From assembly GCA_963514005.1 (NCBI GenBank), contig OY740796.1, positions 9,672,001 to 9,736,000 of the forward strand: DNA of 64,000 nucleotides, read 5' to 3'. Within the stretch, counting starts at the first letter, position 1. Each line of letters starts with the position of its first letter. Under the pieces are notes generated by a model, which was given only the letters and a program-made list of their open reading frames with translations, was not told the DNA's origin and searched no databases. Made by a program: the position numbers and the translations under genes. Positions 23,371 to 36,800 of the stretch are shown piece by piece. Source of the DNA: Raja brachyura (Eukaryota).

Positions 23371-26300
23371 CTTGATCATAGCCTATTTTTCTTACACTGC
23401 AGTGCCTTGCAGCAGAGATTCTATATATTGTAATTTCAGCATCATTGCAGCTGTTATAATATGATGGAGATATGCTTTCTGCGATTTCCAAAGAGAAACT
23501 TGTTCTCTCTGTACTATCAGATGTCTTATATTTAATTTGACAAACTTTTTTTTGTGTCCTTTCTTCTGAATTGGGTAGCATCTTGGCTCTTCAAAAGGCT
23601 GGTTACGACTCCTGGTACATCTAAATCAACTGGTTGCAGTCACATGATGTTGTTACTGAAGGAAGGCTTTGGGAATAAAGGATCCATGGCTGACACAGGA
23701 TAGAACACTCTGGTTTTCTTGGCCACCATCTCCGTTTCAATCCCACACATCAAATCAAGTAAGCTTTTTTGTTTGCCTTACTGCTTCGATTAGATTATTT
23801 TATCACTCGAACCACAAACAAACATTCCATCTCAGGTCACTGACATTGCTTCATATTCTTCCACTAAATTTGAATGTCTTTTGCAGAGACAGACATGGTG
23901 ATATCTCTACCGCTTTCAGGTCACTGCTGCAAGTAGTCCATGTGTCAGAGACATATCGAAGAGTAACTGGAGCATATTGACCATGATTTTTGTGCTGGGT
24001 CTAAGATGACTAAACATAGCAAATGGTTATGCAAGTACATTGAAAGAAATGGTGAATTTGGTCATCGTAATCTTCCCTGATACAGAGGGATACGGGAAAG
24101 CTGGTCATGTTTTAAGGGTGTCATTATTCACCTTTATTGTCCAAGGACAGTATTGCACAGCAAGGTCAGTTTGATGGAGGACTTATTTTACCATTGTTAA
24201 TTGTCCGGCATCTTCTCTCCTCTGCTTCAGTGAAGAAGTCAACAATGACTCTTTAAACGTGCACATTTGCTAGCATATCTGCATACTAAAGCTTCATTAC
24301 ATAGGTTGGAGTAACCTTCATTCTGGAGTGGAGGTGATCCATTTTTTCCATTTGATCCATTCCATTTTCCATTATTCCAGTGGGAAAAGTGGTGGAATGA
24401 GGTACAACAATTTGGTAATAAAGACTGAGAAATGCGTGTGCTTCGCACCACTCTGCATTGAAATTGGGCCTACTGTGGTCCCGTTGATTAGGGGTCTGGG
24501 TTGGATACCATCATGAAACGGATGAACATTTCTGCAGTCAGACAAACTTGAGAAGGATGCTTCTCAATCCCACTTTGCCTACAATGAGGGATTGTGAAGT
24601 CCTGGCATGAACTTTTCCAATATGAGAGAAGTGAGATCATACATTTATCACCAAAATTCCTCTTCATCAAGTTTTGGGGCCTGTTGAAGCCTCCTGTAAC
24701 AAGGTAGGGCTGCAGCCAGGTGTGTATGGGTCGGGGTGGGGGGGGGGGGGGGAGGGAGTGAGATGATCTGCAGGACTGGAGGGAAGAGTAGAAGGGGTGC
24801 AGCCAGGAGTGCTATAGCATACTACAATGTAATCACCTGTGGTTTCATGCGGCTTGTGACTGGATGCTAAACTTACAGCATAACACTACTCAGTTAATGG
24901 TGGATTGCAGTGTTCCTCCAGCCGGGAGATGTACCTGATCATTTACAGCACCATCTTGATGTACACTTTGAAACTTATTTCCATGAGGAAGACTGCTTTG
25001 TGATTTCCCTTCCCTGCTGCATTCAAAATTTGCACACTTTCAACATCATCTTTCAGTTCAAGAATACTATTCCCCATGGAAAATCCCCAGTGCATCCTCT
25101 GCACCTGATCATGGAAGTGCATGATTCACACACATTTTTACATACCCACAGGCTCGCTGGGAAGACTCCTTGTCCTCGACCCACCATTTTCTTTCTGTAC
25201 CGACCAAAAAAAATTCATAGTACGCAATTCCCCTGTGCATTTGCACTTTGACTCACAATTTGGTCTACTACATGCAGATTTACACTATCTACCTTGTTTT
25301 AATTTTGCTTGAAATATCCGTCAGTGAGCTTCAAGAACAAGTGCTGCTGTCTGGTAAAGCGAACACTGCAGCAAGCCTGCAAGCTCTCCTTGGCTCCATT
25401 TGATTTGACAAGCGGGTTCAACTCAGAATATAGTTCTTCAGCCTGCCGTTGGGCAATTCAACATTCAGGGTGGATTTTCTGTCACGCTTTGTTCTTCAGA
25501 ATGAAAGAATACCAGAATGAAAGAAAAGTACGAGGCTGATTTTGATTTTTTTATTCTTTTTATTTTGTATTTTAAACATCTGATCCTCTTTGCCAATTGT
25601 AACTTATCTTAAAGTGGTCCTTGGATACTGCTGGAATGCTGCTATGTTTTCTGTACCATAACAGTTGCAGAATATAGAGGCATCAAGGAGAACTGTTTTT
25701 CCTAACTCTTGCAACAAGAAGCTCCATATACATGGTGCTTTCATCATTTATATGTGAAGTACCTACTGTACATGACACATTTACATAACTATATACAGAT
25801 ACTAAATGTTGTAATTCATACAATGACTGGTCATAATTCTGTCAAACGTTACAAAGAACATTGCCAGCACTAGGGCTGAGACACAGAAGATGACGGCATC
25901 TCAATCCTTATGCTCTGTCGCACATTCCATCACGCTCGTGACACAATCACTTCTGATTTGGTGTCGACAGCCATTCTGCAAACACTTAAGGAGTAATGTA
26001 TTAGAAAACAAGGACAAAAAAGGTGCAGCAAAGAGATCCACTGATGGGATGGAAACAAAGTGCTGAATGGCGTTTGGAGTGTGAATTTGTGGTTAACTTC
26101 AATGTTGAGATTGTAACTAGGCAGATACTGTGATAACTGTCAACAGCGTGATGGTGATCTGGGAATCATAGTGGGATGGTGAATTGGACTACAGACAGTG
26201 AAAGCACTGTCTGCTAATTTCTTCCCTGCCAGAGATGGGCTCCCAACAAGAATCTTCGGCCCCTTCTTCCCCCTTCACATATTCCCCCCCCCCCCCCACC

Positions 26301-27339
26301 CCCCCAACACTCTTCTGGTAGTTTCATATATTTTTGTATCCTTTTTTCATTCTCATAAATATCCTGAACTCCATCTACATCCATAATTAAGTCAAAAAAG
26401 TAATTCCTTCTGCAAAATCCAATCAATTTAGACTTGGTTACAGAGTCATACCGTACAGAAACAGCCCTTTGACCCAACTTGCCCATACCGACCTAGATGC
26501 ACCATCTAGGCTAGTCCCATTTACCCATGTTTGGCCCATATCCCACTAAACCTGTTCCATCCATACCCTCCAAACCATTCTTTTCCACTTCAATAACTTG
26601 CATGAGATCTGGAAAAAGGAGATGCTCAAATCCTGAACTAAAATCAAACTGCTGGAGGTACTCAACAAACCAGGCAGCATTTATGAATGGAAATGCCCAG
26701 AAAGTGTTCAGGTTCAAACCTTTCTTCAGAATGAAGAAATGATCTGCATATTCTCCTTTCATAGCATGGGTAAGGATCCTACATGCTGTTAATTGATGCA
26801 TGCTAAATACATGCATGAGCTACATTACAGAGGTCAGATTTGTTACTGCTGGTGTTATACCCATATGGTACAAGATTTGATGTTACATTCAGCCAACTCT
26901 ACATATTTCTCTAATGTATTAGAGTACGATGACAAAAAAAAATTCTAATGTATTAGAGTACATTGACAGCAAAGAGAGCCATTCATGGGATGGAAAAGAG
27001 CAAATGCTTGCGCACAACGCAAGCAGCCAACCCACTTTCTCAATGTGGTAAATTCATGCAACAATCAGTCTTCATTTTGGCAATCGTGGAAACCAAACAG
27101 TGGATATTAAGGAGTTGATCATTGCTGCCTTAATATTTCAGATTGACGCCTTTTAAATACAGTTGGAATAACAGCAATGTATTCCAATATTTCCTTTGAA
27201 TGTTTATAGAATCAAACATCACAACGCAAGAGAATTCAAAAATAAGCCACAAGTGGTTATGCAGACATTCAAAAGCTTGTTTAAATTAGCTGATACGAAA
27301 CATCCCAGAGGAAGATCAGGAAGGTAAGGATGAGGATAC

Positions 27340-27880
27340 AAGAAACTGCAAATGTTGGTTTATCAAATAAGACACAAAGTGCTGGAGCAACTCAGCACAT
27401 CAGGCAGAACTGGTTGGAAGCCTTCTTCAGGTAAAAATGTGGAGAGATTTAGGAAGGAAAACTCTGGAGAGAAGTGAATGGGTGACGTTTCAGTTCAAAA
27501 CCCTTCTTCAGGCTGGTTAGGAATAAAGGAAACGAGAGATATAGACAATGATGTAGAGAGATAAAGAACAATGAATAAAAGATATGCAAAAAAGTAACGG
27601 TGATAAAGGAAACAGGCCATTGATTGCTGTTTGTTGGGTGAAAACGAGAAGTTAGTGCGACTTGGGTGGAGGAGGAATAGACGGAGAGGGAATGCCGGGG
27701 CTACCTGAAGTGAGAGAAATCAAGATTCATACCACTGGGCTGTAAGCTGCCCAAGCGAAATATGAGATGCTGTTCCTCCAATTTGCGTTTAGCCTCACTC
27801 TGACAATGGAAGAGACCTAGAACAGAAAGGTCTGTGTGGGAATGGGAAGGAGAATTCAAGTGTTTATCAACCAGGAGATT
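27340..27880 (-). mobile_element. Penelope-like element 3' fragment (GIY-YIG C-terminus plus 3' UTR/pLTR)
   Basis: HLNSPSHSHTDLSVLGLFHCQSEAKRKLEEQHLIFRLGSLQPSGMNLDFSHFR in ORF 27701-28072. The UTR is highly similar to 49431-49550. Confidence 0.85.
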
Positions 27881-29097
27881 TATTTTTTGTAGTGGATTAA
27901 CCAGTTTATTTAGATTAACAAGTAAAAAAAAATAGAAGCATGGAACCAAAACTGTGTTATCTTGCCTCAAAAACACATTGGGCTTGATCTTGATGTCTGT
28001 ACGCATCCTGTCAAATATAAATCTCAGACATACTAACAGATTTGAAAGGCCAACTCTGTCCGTTTGAACCATTACAGGTGTCCCGGTGGGAAGGATAAAA
28101 CTCCTCAGTTACTATACCGTCAGAACAACAGGATAGTCCTAGATTCGATTGATCTTAATGGGTTTATAGAGCCTGGAATGTGGAGGCAAAAGGAACGGGT
28201 AAATAACCATTTTTCATCAATTATTTTGGATTATTTTAATATCTTTCAAGAATTATATTGTGATTTGTGGTGTTTTAGGTCATAAAATATTGGATTTTTT
28301 ACTACTTAGTAAATATCTTTGAATGTTGCCAAATAATATTTGTTAAAAATCTCATACATCATTTAGAATCCACAACACTGCCTGACTACACTGATTGTCA
28401 GAGGCTTTTTGAGGGGGGAGGGGAGAGGGGGGAAACAGGATTTCTTCATTACCTTTCTTCATTTATTCATTACATTACCAGAGTCTTATCACCATTCAGA
28501 CCATGCCACTGGGCTTCACTTTGCTTCAGACCAGTTTGTGGCACCCTGATTTCAAACTAGGGAAGTACTGTAGAGGAGATCGTCTGGCAACAATTTTACG
28601 CTGAGTCACCAGCATATCAAGATCAAGATCAAGTCCAGTGTGACCTTTATGACAAGCTAACAGTTCTGGTTCCAAGAACCATTGCTGAATGGGAAATCCA
28701 CAATATCTTTCTTAATATATTAACCTAATAAAAACCATAAACTGACATTTTATATCTCAACAGAAAGTAACCAAGTTAATTTTTTAATATTTGTTTTTTC
28801 AAAAGATGTTCAATTCCTTTCCAGTTCCAAATCTACAAAGTGATGTTTATTGTCAGTAGTGTAAGTATGATGTGGTACAGGTACAAAGAAAAACCTTACT
28901 TACAACACCATCACAGCAACATAGACTCCGACAAACATACAACAACAAATTATGCACAAATTACACATTATAGGTATCATTTCTAAAAGAAAGAATGTGC
29001 AAAAAAATAAAATATTGGTACAAATATATAATTAGAAAAAAAAAGTATGGGGTAGTGCCAGAGGTGGACCACAGTGTTTTGTCATTGGGGTGCCATT

Positions 29098-29492
29098 AGA
29101 ATGAATGAATAAGTTTATTGGCCAAGTATTCACATACAAGGAATTTGCCATGGTGCTCCGCCCGCAAGTGACAACGACATAGAGTGACAGTTAAGAATGA
29201 CACATAAAACATTAAAAATTAATAATAAAACATTATTGATTAAACATGTGAATTAAATAAAATACCAGAGTAAAGGGAGGCTACATATTTTTGGTTATTG
29301 AGTAGAGCTACTACTCGTGGAAAAAAGCTGTTTTTATGTCTGGCTGTGGCGGCTTTGACAGTCCGGAGTCACCTTCCAGAGGGAAGTGATTCAAAGAGTT
29401 TGTGGCCAGGGATGATCTTACCCGCTCGCTTCCTGGCCCTTGCAGTGTACAGTTTGTCAATGGAGGGAAGGTTGCAGCCAATAACCTTCTCA
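29098..29492 (-). mobile_element. Rex1/Babar-like LINE 3' end
   Basis: HPGHKLFESLPSGR.LRTVKAATARHKNSFFP remnant and (ATTC)n tail. Confidence 0.8.
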
Positions 29493-30809
29493 AGAACCTG
29501 TTCCAGAACCTAAATCAATTTTCAGACAACCCTGTACGCAAATTAAACTTTAAACCAAGAGAAACAAAAGATTGTTCATGTGTGTAAATGAGCGACCACG
29601 CTGGTGTACCTCATCTAACTGTGATTATGAACTATAAGTAATGTTTTGTCAAATCACCCCAAAATGGTCCAATTCAGCAGTCAATTCAATTTCTGCAGCT
29701 GTCTGCTCCATCAAGTGAATCCTGATGCTGATGTTGGCTCTGAAGTCCAGATGTTGGCTTTGGACAGATTGCTTTCACTCCAGTCTTAAACTAGAATTGA
29801 AAATCCCTGCTCATGGCTGAGTTATAGCTATACATCTCCATAGTACATTGCTATAGAAATTCCATTTCAATCGCAGCTTATAAATTTTATTGCAGTGTTC
29901 ATCAACTGAATTTTATAAATGTTTTGGAAAAGGATGCCACCACTCTGCCTGAAAAATTGTTAGTGAAAGAAAAATTAGGCTATGCTCGGAGTCAGGCAAG
30001 AGAGCAATGATCGAAAATCATAAAGTATGGGTTCCTAAGCTGCCAAAGGGTCGTCATTAAATCCAACATACTCTCTGCCTTAAGTTATCCTTATCCATGG
30101 CCTTGTCCAGTGTCAGTCCATTCTGCCTGCACTTTGATTGTTATCCGCAGTACTGCTTTCACCTCATCTTAATGCACTGAGTCATCTTGCTGTCACCTGG
30201 TGACACAAAGCGGCTGCAGAATCCCATCATGTTGTGCCCTGCTGAATTACAATAAACTCGCCATGATGTAGAGGATACAGCCGTTCATCCAAAAACCTTG
30301 CATATTTGAGGATGTGTACGAAACACACAGCATTTTGAATAGTACAGAAGGGTTTATACCCATTTCCAAATCATAACATAGCGACATTGTACACACTTAA
30401 AATGTTCACTGCAATCAGATTTATTTTTCATATGCTCAGCATGTTAAATTATTTTGAAAAATTCCATTTCAATTACCCATCGATGTCGTACTTTGGTGCT
30501 GTATATTATTGGCTACTAATATTTAGGTTTGAATATCAGAAGTATGACCAAGAATGATATTGTATAAGGTAGGGCAAGCACTCCAGAATAACCATTTAAT
30601 TATATGAGCATGATATGAATTTATGAATCATACTCCCAAAACATTATGATGCAGCGGTGTGCACCTCTTCAAAAGGTCAATTTTAATCTACTGCCTTTGC
30701 CATTTAGTTAGTTAGTTTTAGTGAGTTTAGTTTATTGTCACATGTACCAAAGTAGAGTGAAACGTTTTTGTTGCATGCCAACCAGTCAGCAGAAAGACTT
30801 TAATCAGAC

Positions 30810-31550
30810 TTGGGTAGTGTGCATTTCCATTAGAATCAACATTCAGGTTGCTGTGGCAAGTAACATCCACACTACAACATTCCCAGACAATGGGCATTTC
30901 TGACAAGGGAGAATGTACCCATGATATTCAACAGCATTACCATCACTGTGAATCTTCCCACATCCTGCACCATCACCATTTTGGGGAGTCACTACCAAAC
31001 CAGAAACTTAACTGGATGAACCACAGGAATAAAAACAGCATGCTGCCACAGAAATGCCATCTGTTTGAAGATCTGACAGATTAACTCTCTATCTTTCTCC
31101 ACAGATGTGCCTAATCTGCTGAGTATCACTGGCACTTTCTGCTTTCTTTTCAGATTCTCAGTTTTAACAGTCCTTTGCTTCTCAGCCACATAACAACCAG
31201 ACACATGAGCCGATCAGAGGCTGGAATTTCCTGCTGAGCAACTCACCTCATGTCCTAATGCCTTCCGACCATGTACATGATGGAAAACTCTCCAATTGTT
31301 TGAATGTCTGCAGCTCGAAGCCGCACATCACCATCCAGGACAAAGCGGCCCACTTGAAAGACATACCATGCACCACCCTAACGACTCATTCTCTCAACCA
31401 CTGGTGCACTGTGACTACAACATACACAGCAAATACTCACCCCAACCTCTCTGACAGCCCTTGCAAACTACACCACCAAGGACAGCAGACACATAGCAAC
31501 ATCAACAACTGCATTTCCCCTCCAAGTCACTCACCATCCTTACTTTGAAA
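30810..31550 (+). mobile_element. Ancient L2/CR1-superfamily LINE fragment (similar pieces at 49960-50560 and 53000-54600)
   Basis: Shared ATTACCATCACTG..ACCAGAAACTTAACTGGA..CCATCCAGGACAAAGCGGCCCACTTGA motifs recur in the other pieces. Confidence 0.55.
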
Positions 31551-34248
31551 TATAATGATGTTATGAGGATGGGATATCTCAAGTCCTGTGACTGATTATT
31601 GTATAAAAGTTTCTCTTTTCAAGTATTCCATGCATAAAAATGGGTCCCAAACCAAAACCTCACTTATCCATGTCCTCCGGAGATGCTGCCTGACCCGCTG
31701 AGTTCCCGCAACAATTTGTATCCCTTTGTGTAAACCAGCATCTGCAGTTTCTTGCTTCTACTTAATCTAGGGGACCTTTGGATAGGATTTCCATCCCCAG
31801 AAGCAACCCACCTAAACACATAATACTTGCATGTATACCCTCCTCCCAGTGAAGGTCCCACGGCACCCATTAGAACATAATTAGAATGTACCGTGCCTAC
31901 GCAAGCAGCACCCATTATGCCTGTAAACATACTTAAAAGGGCAAAATGCATGACATTCACAAATACATGTTTATGCCTTGTCAATCATTTTCCACCTTTA
32001 TCTATGCTTGATCTAAAGAATATTTTCTCTTTTCATTCTGAGACAAAACCATTTAGACTCTTACTCCATTTATAAAGTTGTTGTTGCCACTCCAGATGGC
32101 ATACTTTTGTACAACATGGGGAAAATGCACATGCAGAACTATCCTAAATACCTTTGAATGTGGAAGCAAAATACACTGATTGATAGAATCTTGAAAAAGA
32201 AACAGAAAACGTTGGGAAATGCTGAGCGATTCAAGGAATATCTGTGGCGAGAGAATAAGAGCTAATATTTTGATTGATAATCTTTTATCGGAACTGAAAA
32301 ATGTTAATGGCAGAACGGTAGGTGTGAGGAGATGAGGGAGGGAAATGGGGCAGTCTGTTTGGAAGAGAGGAAAGGTTAATCAACAAATGCTGCAAATCCA
32401 AATGGTAAAAGTGGAAAAAAATGGTAAAGAGAAAGGTTTGGATGGGCATAGCAGAATCACGACCTAAGAATGCAGCCCAACGTGGGAGCAGTGGTTTTAA
32501 TCTCAAATTGTTTGAATGTAATGTAATTCTGAATGACAGCCCATCAAAATCAATCAAATTCAACTTAAAGGTGAAGTTCTTCAGATGACAGGGAGGCAAG
32601 GTGAAGAATTAGCGAAAGGCCATTTGTAGTCTGAGCTTTCTCGGGGGGAATTAATGGAGGTGTTCTGCAAATTCAGCACTCAATCTGTATTTTGTCTGCT
32701 TAATATTGAGGTAACCACATTTTGAGCTCATTAAAATGAGAGACATACAAGTAAATTGCTGTTTCACTGAGAAATAGTGGAAAGATATACATTGTAGCAT
32801 AACTTGTGTTTTCATAGGAAGTTTGTTAGATTATCAATAAAGTGCACCCATTTCTTAAAAATGCAGAAAGCTGAGGGGACAGAAAGATGGTTTTGGTGGT
32901 GGCATGATACTGAAGACACGATGATCAAAAACAAGCACAGAGTGCTGGATTGCAACAGCAGGTCAGGCAGCATCTCTGGAGAACATGGGTGGGTAACCTT
33001 TCCTCAAACTGATGGAGAAACAATGATCAGTTGTATATGGGGACAAACTGGTAAGGTGAGGGGAATGAATTCTGGAATAGTTGGAAATAGGTGAGAAAAA
33101 AAGTGTGAGAAATGGAACAGACACTCTCAAGAGCAGTTTCAATACATGGTGGTCAAAGAAATGGAGGAAGGGGTGGGAAAAGTTCAAATTAGATTATATG
33201 ACAGTGAAGGGAGAATTGAAATCGGATGCAAAGATGGAAAGAACAGTAAATAGTTCCTAATACAGTGATCACCATATCAGAAAAACAGGCGGGGGAGCGA
33301 AAAAGTGCAGGATTTAACCAAAATATTAATCACAAATCTCACAGCATGGCACACATGGATTGAACCGACAAGGATTACTCTAGTGACACCGATCTGCAGA
33401 GCTAATGGAGTCAGAAGAGAAGCTGTTGACTATAAATTTGTTCTGGGCAACTATCACAACAATTCACCACTCCAATTCCAATGTGACCCATTTCCTTCAC
33501 TGTTCCAAAGAAGCTCAATATAGGCTCCTATTTCAATTGAGGACTTCATAACCTTTCGGACTGTGCATGCAATTCAGCAATTTCAGAAAATATCTTCTGT
33601 TCACATTTTCTTCAACAGCGAGTGTTGGAAATGGTCTTGTAGTGCTAATGTATTCTTTCTCGATACCACCTTTTCTATCTAGGCATCTCATTTTCAAAAG
33701 GTAAAACAAACTGCAGACACAGTAAATGTTTCTGAAAATATTCAGGTCAGGCAGCATCTTGGAGGGAGTGAAGGGTTAATGTTTCAAGTTGTTAACCTTC
33801 TAATGAATGCGTCATAGGCATTTATTCCAGCATACAAACATATAAATGAAAGGTAGGAATTGGCCATGACCTAGATTTCAGCCCAACATTTCCTATTAAG
33901 ACCAGCCACCCATTCCAGGTGGATAAATCTTGGATAAATCTTCTCTGAATTGCTTCAATTTCTTCCAATGCTCATCAGCGAGTATATAATGTGAAGTAAT
34001 GAAGAGATAGGGAAAAGTCATCGTCCACATATGCAGCATGACCTATTGACACTATCCAGCAGTTTTATTTCATGATAACCCTTTGCTTCGGACAGTCCAT
34101 CAACCCTCTTCTTATTTAATCGCTCATGTAATTTTTCAGTTCTGATAAATGATCATTCACCTGAACAGTTTCTCCCCAGAGAGATGGTTCCTCGTCAAGT
34201 AATTTGTGGCACTTTACTTACTTTGATTCAGAAGGAAATCAATCCATT

Positions 34249-34563
34249 TAGTTTAGTTTGGTTTAGTTTAGATTAGGAAGACAGCGTGGAAACGTGCCTT
34301 TCAGCCCTCTGGGTCTGCGCCAACCAACAATCACCTGTATACTCATTCTATCCCACACACTAGGAACAATTTACAGAAGCCAATTAACCCAAAAACATGC
34401 ACATCTTTGGAATGTGGGACAAAACCGGAGCATCCGGAAAAAACCCAGCTGGTCACAGGGAGAATATGCAAACTCCGTACAAACAACACCCATTGTCAGG
34501 ATCGGACCCCGGGTTCTGGCGCTGTAAGGCAGAAATTCTACTGTTACGCCACTGTGCTGCCCC
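34249..34563 (-). mobile_element. HE1-type tRNA-derived V-SINE
   Basis: Minus-strand head GGGCAGCACAGTGGCGTAACAGTAG (A box-like) and GGTCCGATCC (B box-like), V/MER6-like core, CR1-like tail ending in (CTAAA)n. Confidence 0.85.
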
Positions 34564-34852
34564 GTCTACCAGTCTCTTTACCTGTCTCTTGTTTTCCTAT
34601 TGCCCATCAATTTGCTCACATCTCCCTTTATTTGTTTTGTCCTTCAGATGTCAATTAATCTAGCAGCTCATCTCCAGAAGATCAGACAGTATCTGTGGAA
34701 CGAAATGGGCAGATGACATTTATAGTCAGATGTCAGGATCCAGCAACTGCAGTCTCCTCTGTCCCCAGCTTAAATCCGCCTGTCATGAGAGGAATGTGCA
34801 AGCTCTGCACAAATACCACTTGAGGTCAGGATCTAACCCAGCTCCCTTGCTA

Positions 34853-35070
34853 ACTGCAGATCGATACAAAATGCTGGATAACTCTGTGGGTCAGGCAGTA
34901 CCTCTGGAGAAAAAGGATGGATGACATTTTATGTCGGGATCCTTCTTCAGACTGTGAAGAAGGGTCCCGACCCGAAACGTCACCCATCCTTTTTCGTCAG
35001 AGATAACGCCTGGCCCGCTAAATTACTCCAGCAATAAGCAAAGGTATAAATCGGCAGTTCTTTGTTTCCA
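34853..35070. mobile_element. Palindromic Penelope-terminus element
   Basis: Symmetry centre CTTCTTCAGACTGTGAAGAAG at ~34952. The arms carry opposite-strand hammerhead-like cores. Confidence 0.75.
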
Positions 35071-35479
35071 CATTTTCCTTTGCTAACTGTTTCCTCAATG
35101 TCCCAGATGTTTCTGCTTATTTTATACATTTAAATACATAATTACATGCCGTTAATAATTGTTTATATAATGTAAACAGGACAATTCCCATATCTAGGTT
35201 TTCCAAAGGTTGCAATTATAACCTGTAAATATTCACTTAATATATCAAAAACATTTGCACACAGTTGTGGTTTAGACCTCGGGATTGCAGGAATGTATAA
35301 AAGATTTTTATAAAATATTTAATAAAACATGAATAAAAGCAAAAAAGTCACTTAATTCATTGACTTTCTATATAATTTAAAATAAATTCATCTATTTCTG
35401 TCATGACCATATCCATTTTCCTTTTATTTACTCGTATTATAATTCCGTCCCATTGGAGATGTTTGAACACAAAATCATG

Positions 35480-35800
35480 GCTGGCAAACCCAGGCCGGCA
35501 CTGTCAGAGGTGTCACCTTTCAGAAGAAATTAAAAAAACATCTCTAGTTTTTGGACAAATATGACTCCAAGGCAACATTTCACAGAAAGGCAGGATATTT
35601 CTCCCAATGCACTGTCCCTCTGCTAACATCACTGGAACAGGTTACCTACTCATTTACCTCGATGTTGTTTGTAGGACCATGCAGTACCTGAATTAGCTGC
35701 AATATTTTCTGCATACAAAACTATTTAATAGTATGTAAAGCCCTTTGGGAAATTCTGAGCTCATGAAAGATGCCGCATAGATGTATGTTGTTCTTTCTTT
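35480..35800 (+). mobile_element. Deu-domain SINE (SacSINE1/AmnSINE1-like), degenerate
   Basis: AACAGGTTACCTACTCATTTACCTCGATGTTGTTTGTAGGACC..TGTAAAGCCCTTTGGGA..GAAAGATGCCGCATAGATG resembles the Deu core and L2-like tail (from memory). Confidence 0.55.
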
Positions 35801-36106
35801 CAACAAGGCAGTAAAACACAAAGAAAAACAGCAAATAGATAATCACCATCTCACTACTGTCACCATATTCCAAACTAATCTATTATGCACAACAAAATTG
35901 AAAATGTTATCCATTCTGGCACATTTTGGTAGGAAGAATTAATTTGTGCATCTGAACTAGACAGCTGTAGTACGTGATTCAATGGTCTTTGTAACCTAGA
36001 TTTCTTCAACTATGGCAGTATGAATTTTTTCCCTTTGGCCTAACATTATAAAAGCTCAATCAAATAAGCTCAGAGAAAAAAAACAAATGGCATCAGGTTG
36101 TGGAAT

Positions 36107-36240
36107 GTCTGAAGAAGGGTCCTGGCCCAAAATATCATCCATCCATTTTCTCCAGAGATGCTGCCTGACCCATTGAGTTACTCCAGCACTTTGTGCCTAT
36201 ATTCAGTATAAACCAACACCTTGGGTTCCTTTCTACACAG
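36107..36240 (+). mobile_element. Penelope-like terminus fragment
   Basis: GTCTGAAGAAGGGTCCTGGCCCAAAATATCATCC..CTCCAGAGATGCTGCCTGACC. Confidence 0.7.
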
Positions 36241-36279
36241 ACAGCTACCTATGCCTTATTTCTATATCTGAACGTGATA

Positions 36280-36800
36280 TTAACAACATCAGGAGCAAAC
36301 TGATTTTCTCAAGAAGCCAACAGCCGAGTTCAATGCAGTTTAATCAGCTGCACTTTGATCCCGGGATGTCCATGCGGCAGCAGAAGACTCCCGACCCAGC
36401 GGGCCGCTGCCTGTAGGGGGGAAGCTCAGAAGCTGCCGAGCTTGGCCCCGAAGACCAGAGAGTCAAGGAGGAGGGAGCCGCTGGTGACGACGGACATGAG
36501 GAGTGGGCAGGTAGGAGAGGAACTGGGGTATTGCCTCCAACATCTTCAAGGTCAGCTGCAGGAGTCACCCACAGGACACAGGAGAGGGACGTCAGTTCGC
36601 GGACAGACCCAGTCGGGGGCAATGGAGGAGGCCCTGCAGCGGCCTGGGTTTACCTGGATCAGAAGCTGCTCCAACACATCGAGCATCGACTTGGACTTTT
36701 CTAAATGGTGCCAAAGTGTGGCGACTCATACATGTGTGATCTACGCAAAAAGAATTTCACTTTGCAGTGTACAGACGACAATAAAAAAAGAACCATTGTA
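36280..36800 (+). mobile_element. GC-rich non-autonomous retroelement fragment with a LINE-like tail
   Basis: GC-rich body ending AAAAGAATTTCACTTTGCAGTGTACAGACGACAATAAA, like the Rex/L2-type tails elsewhere in the window. Confidence 0.45.

Noticed and set aside
24910-25251. Possible Tx1/L1 ORF1 remnant or exon
   Set aside because: Similarity too weak to support by eye.
34500-34563. tRNA-like A/B boxes (also at ~39060-39125)
   Set aside because: These are SINE heads, not intact tRNA genes.
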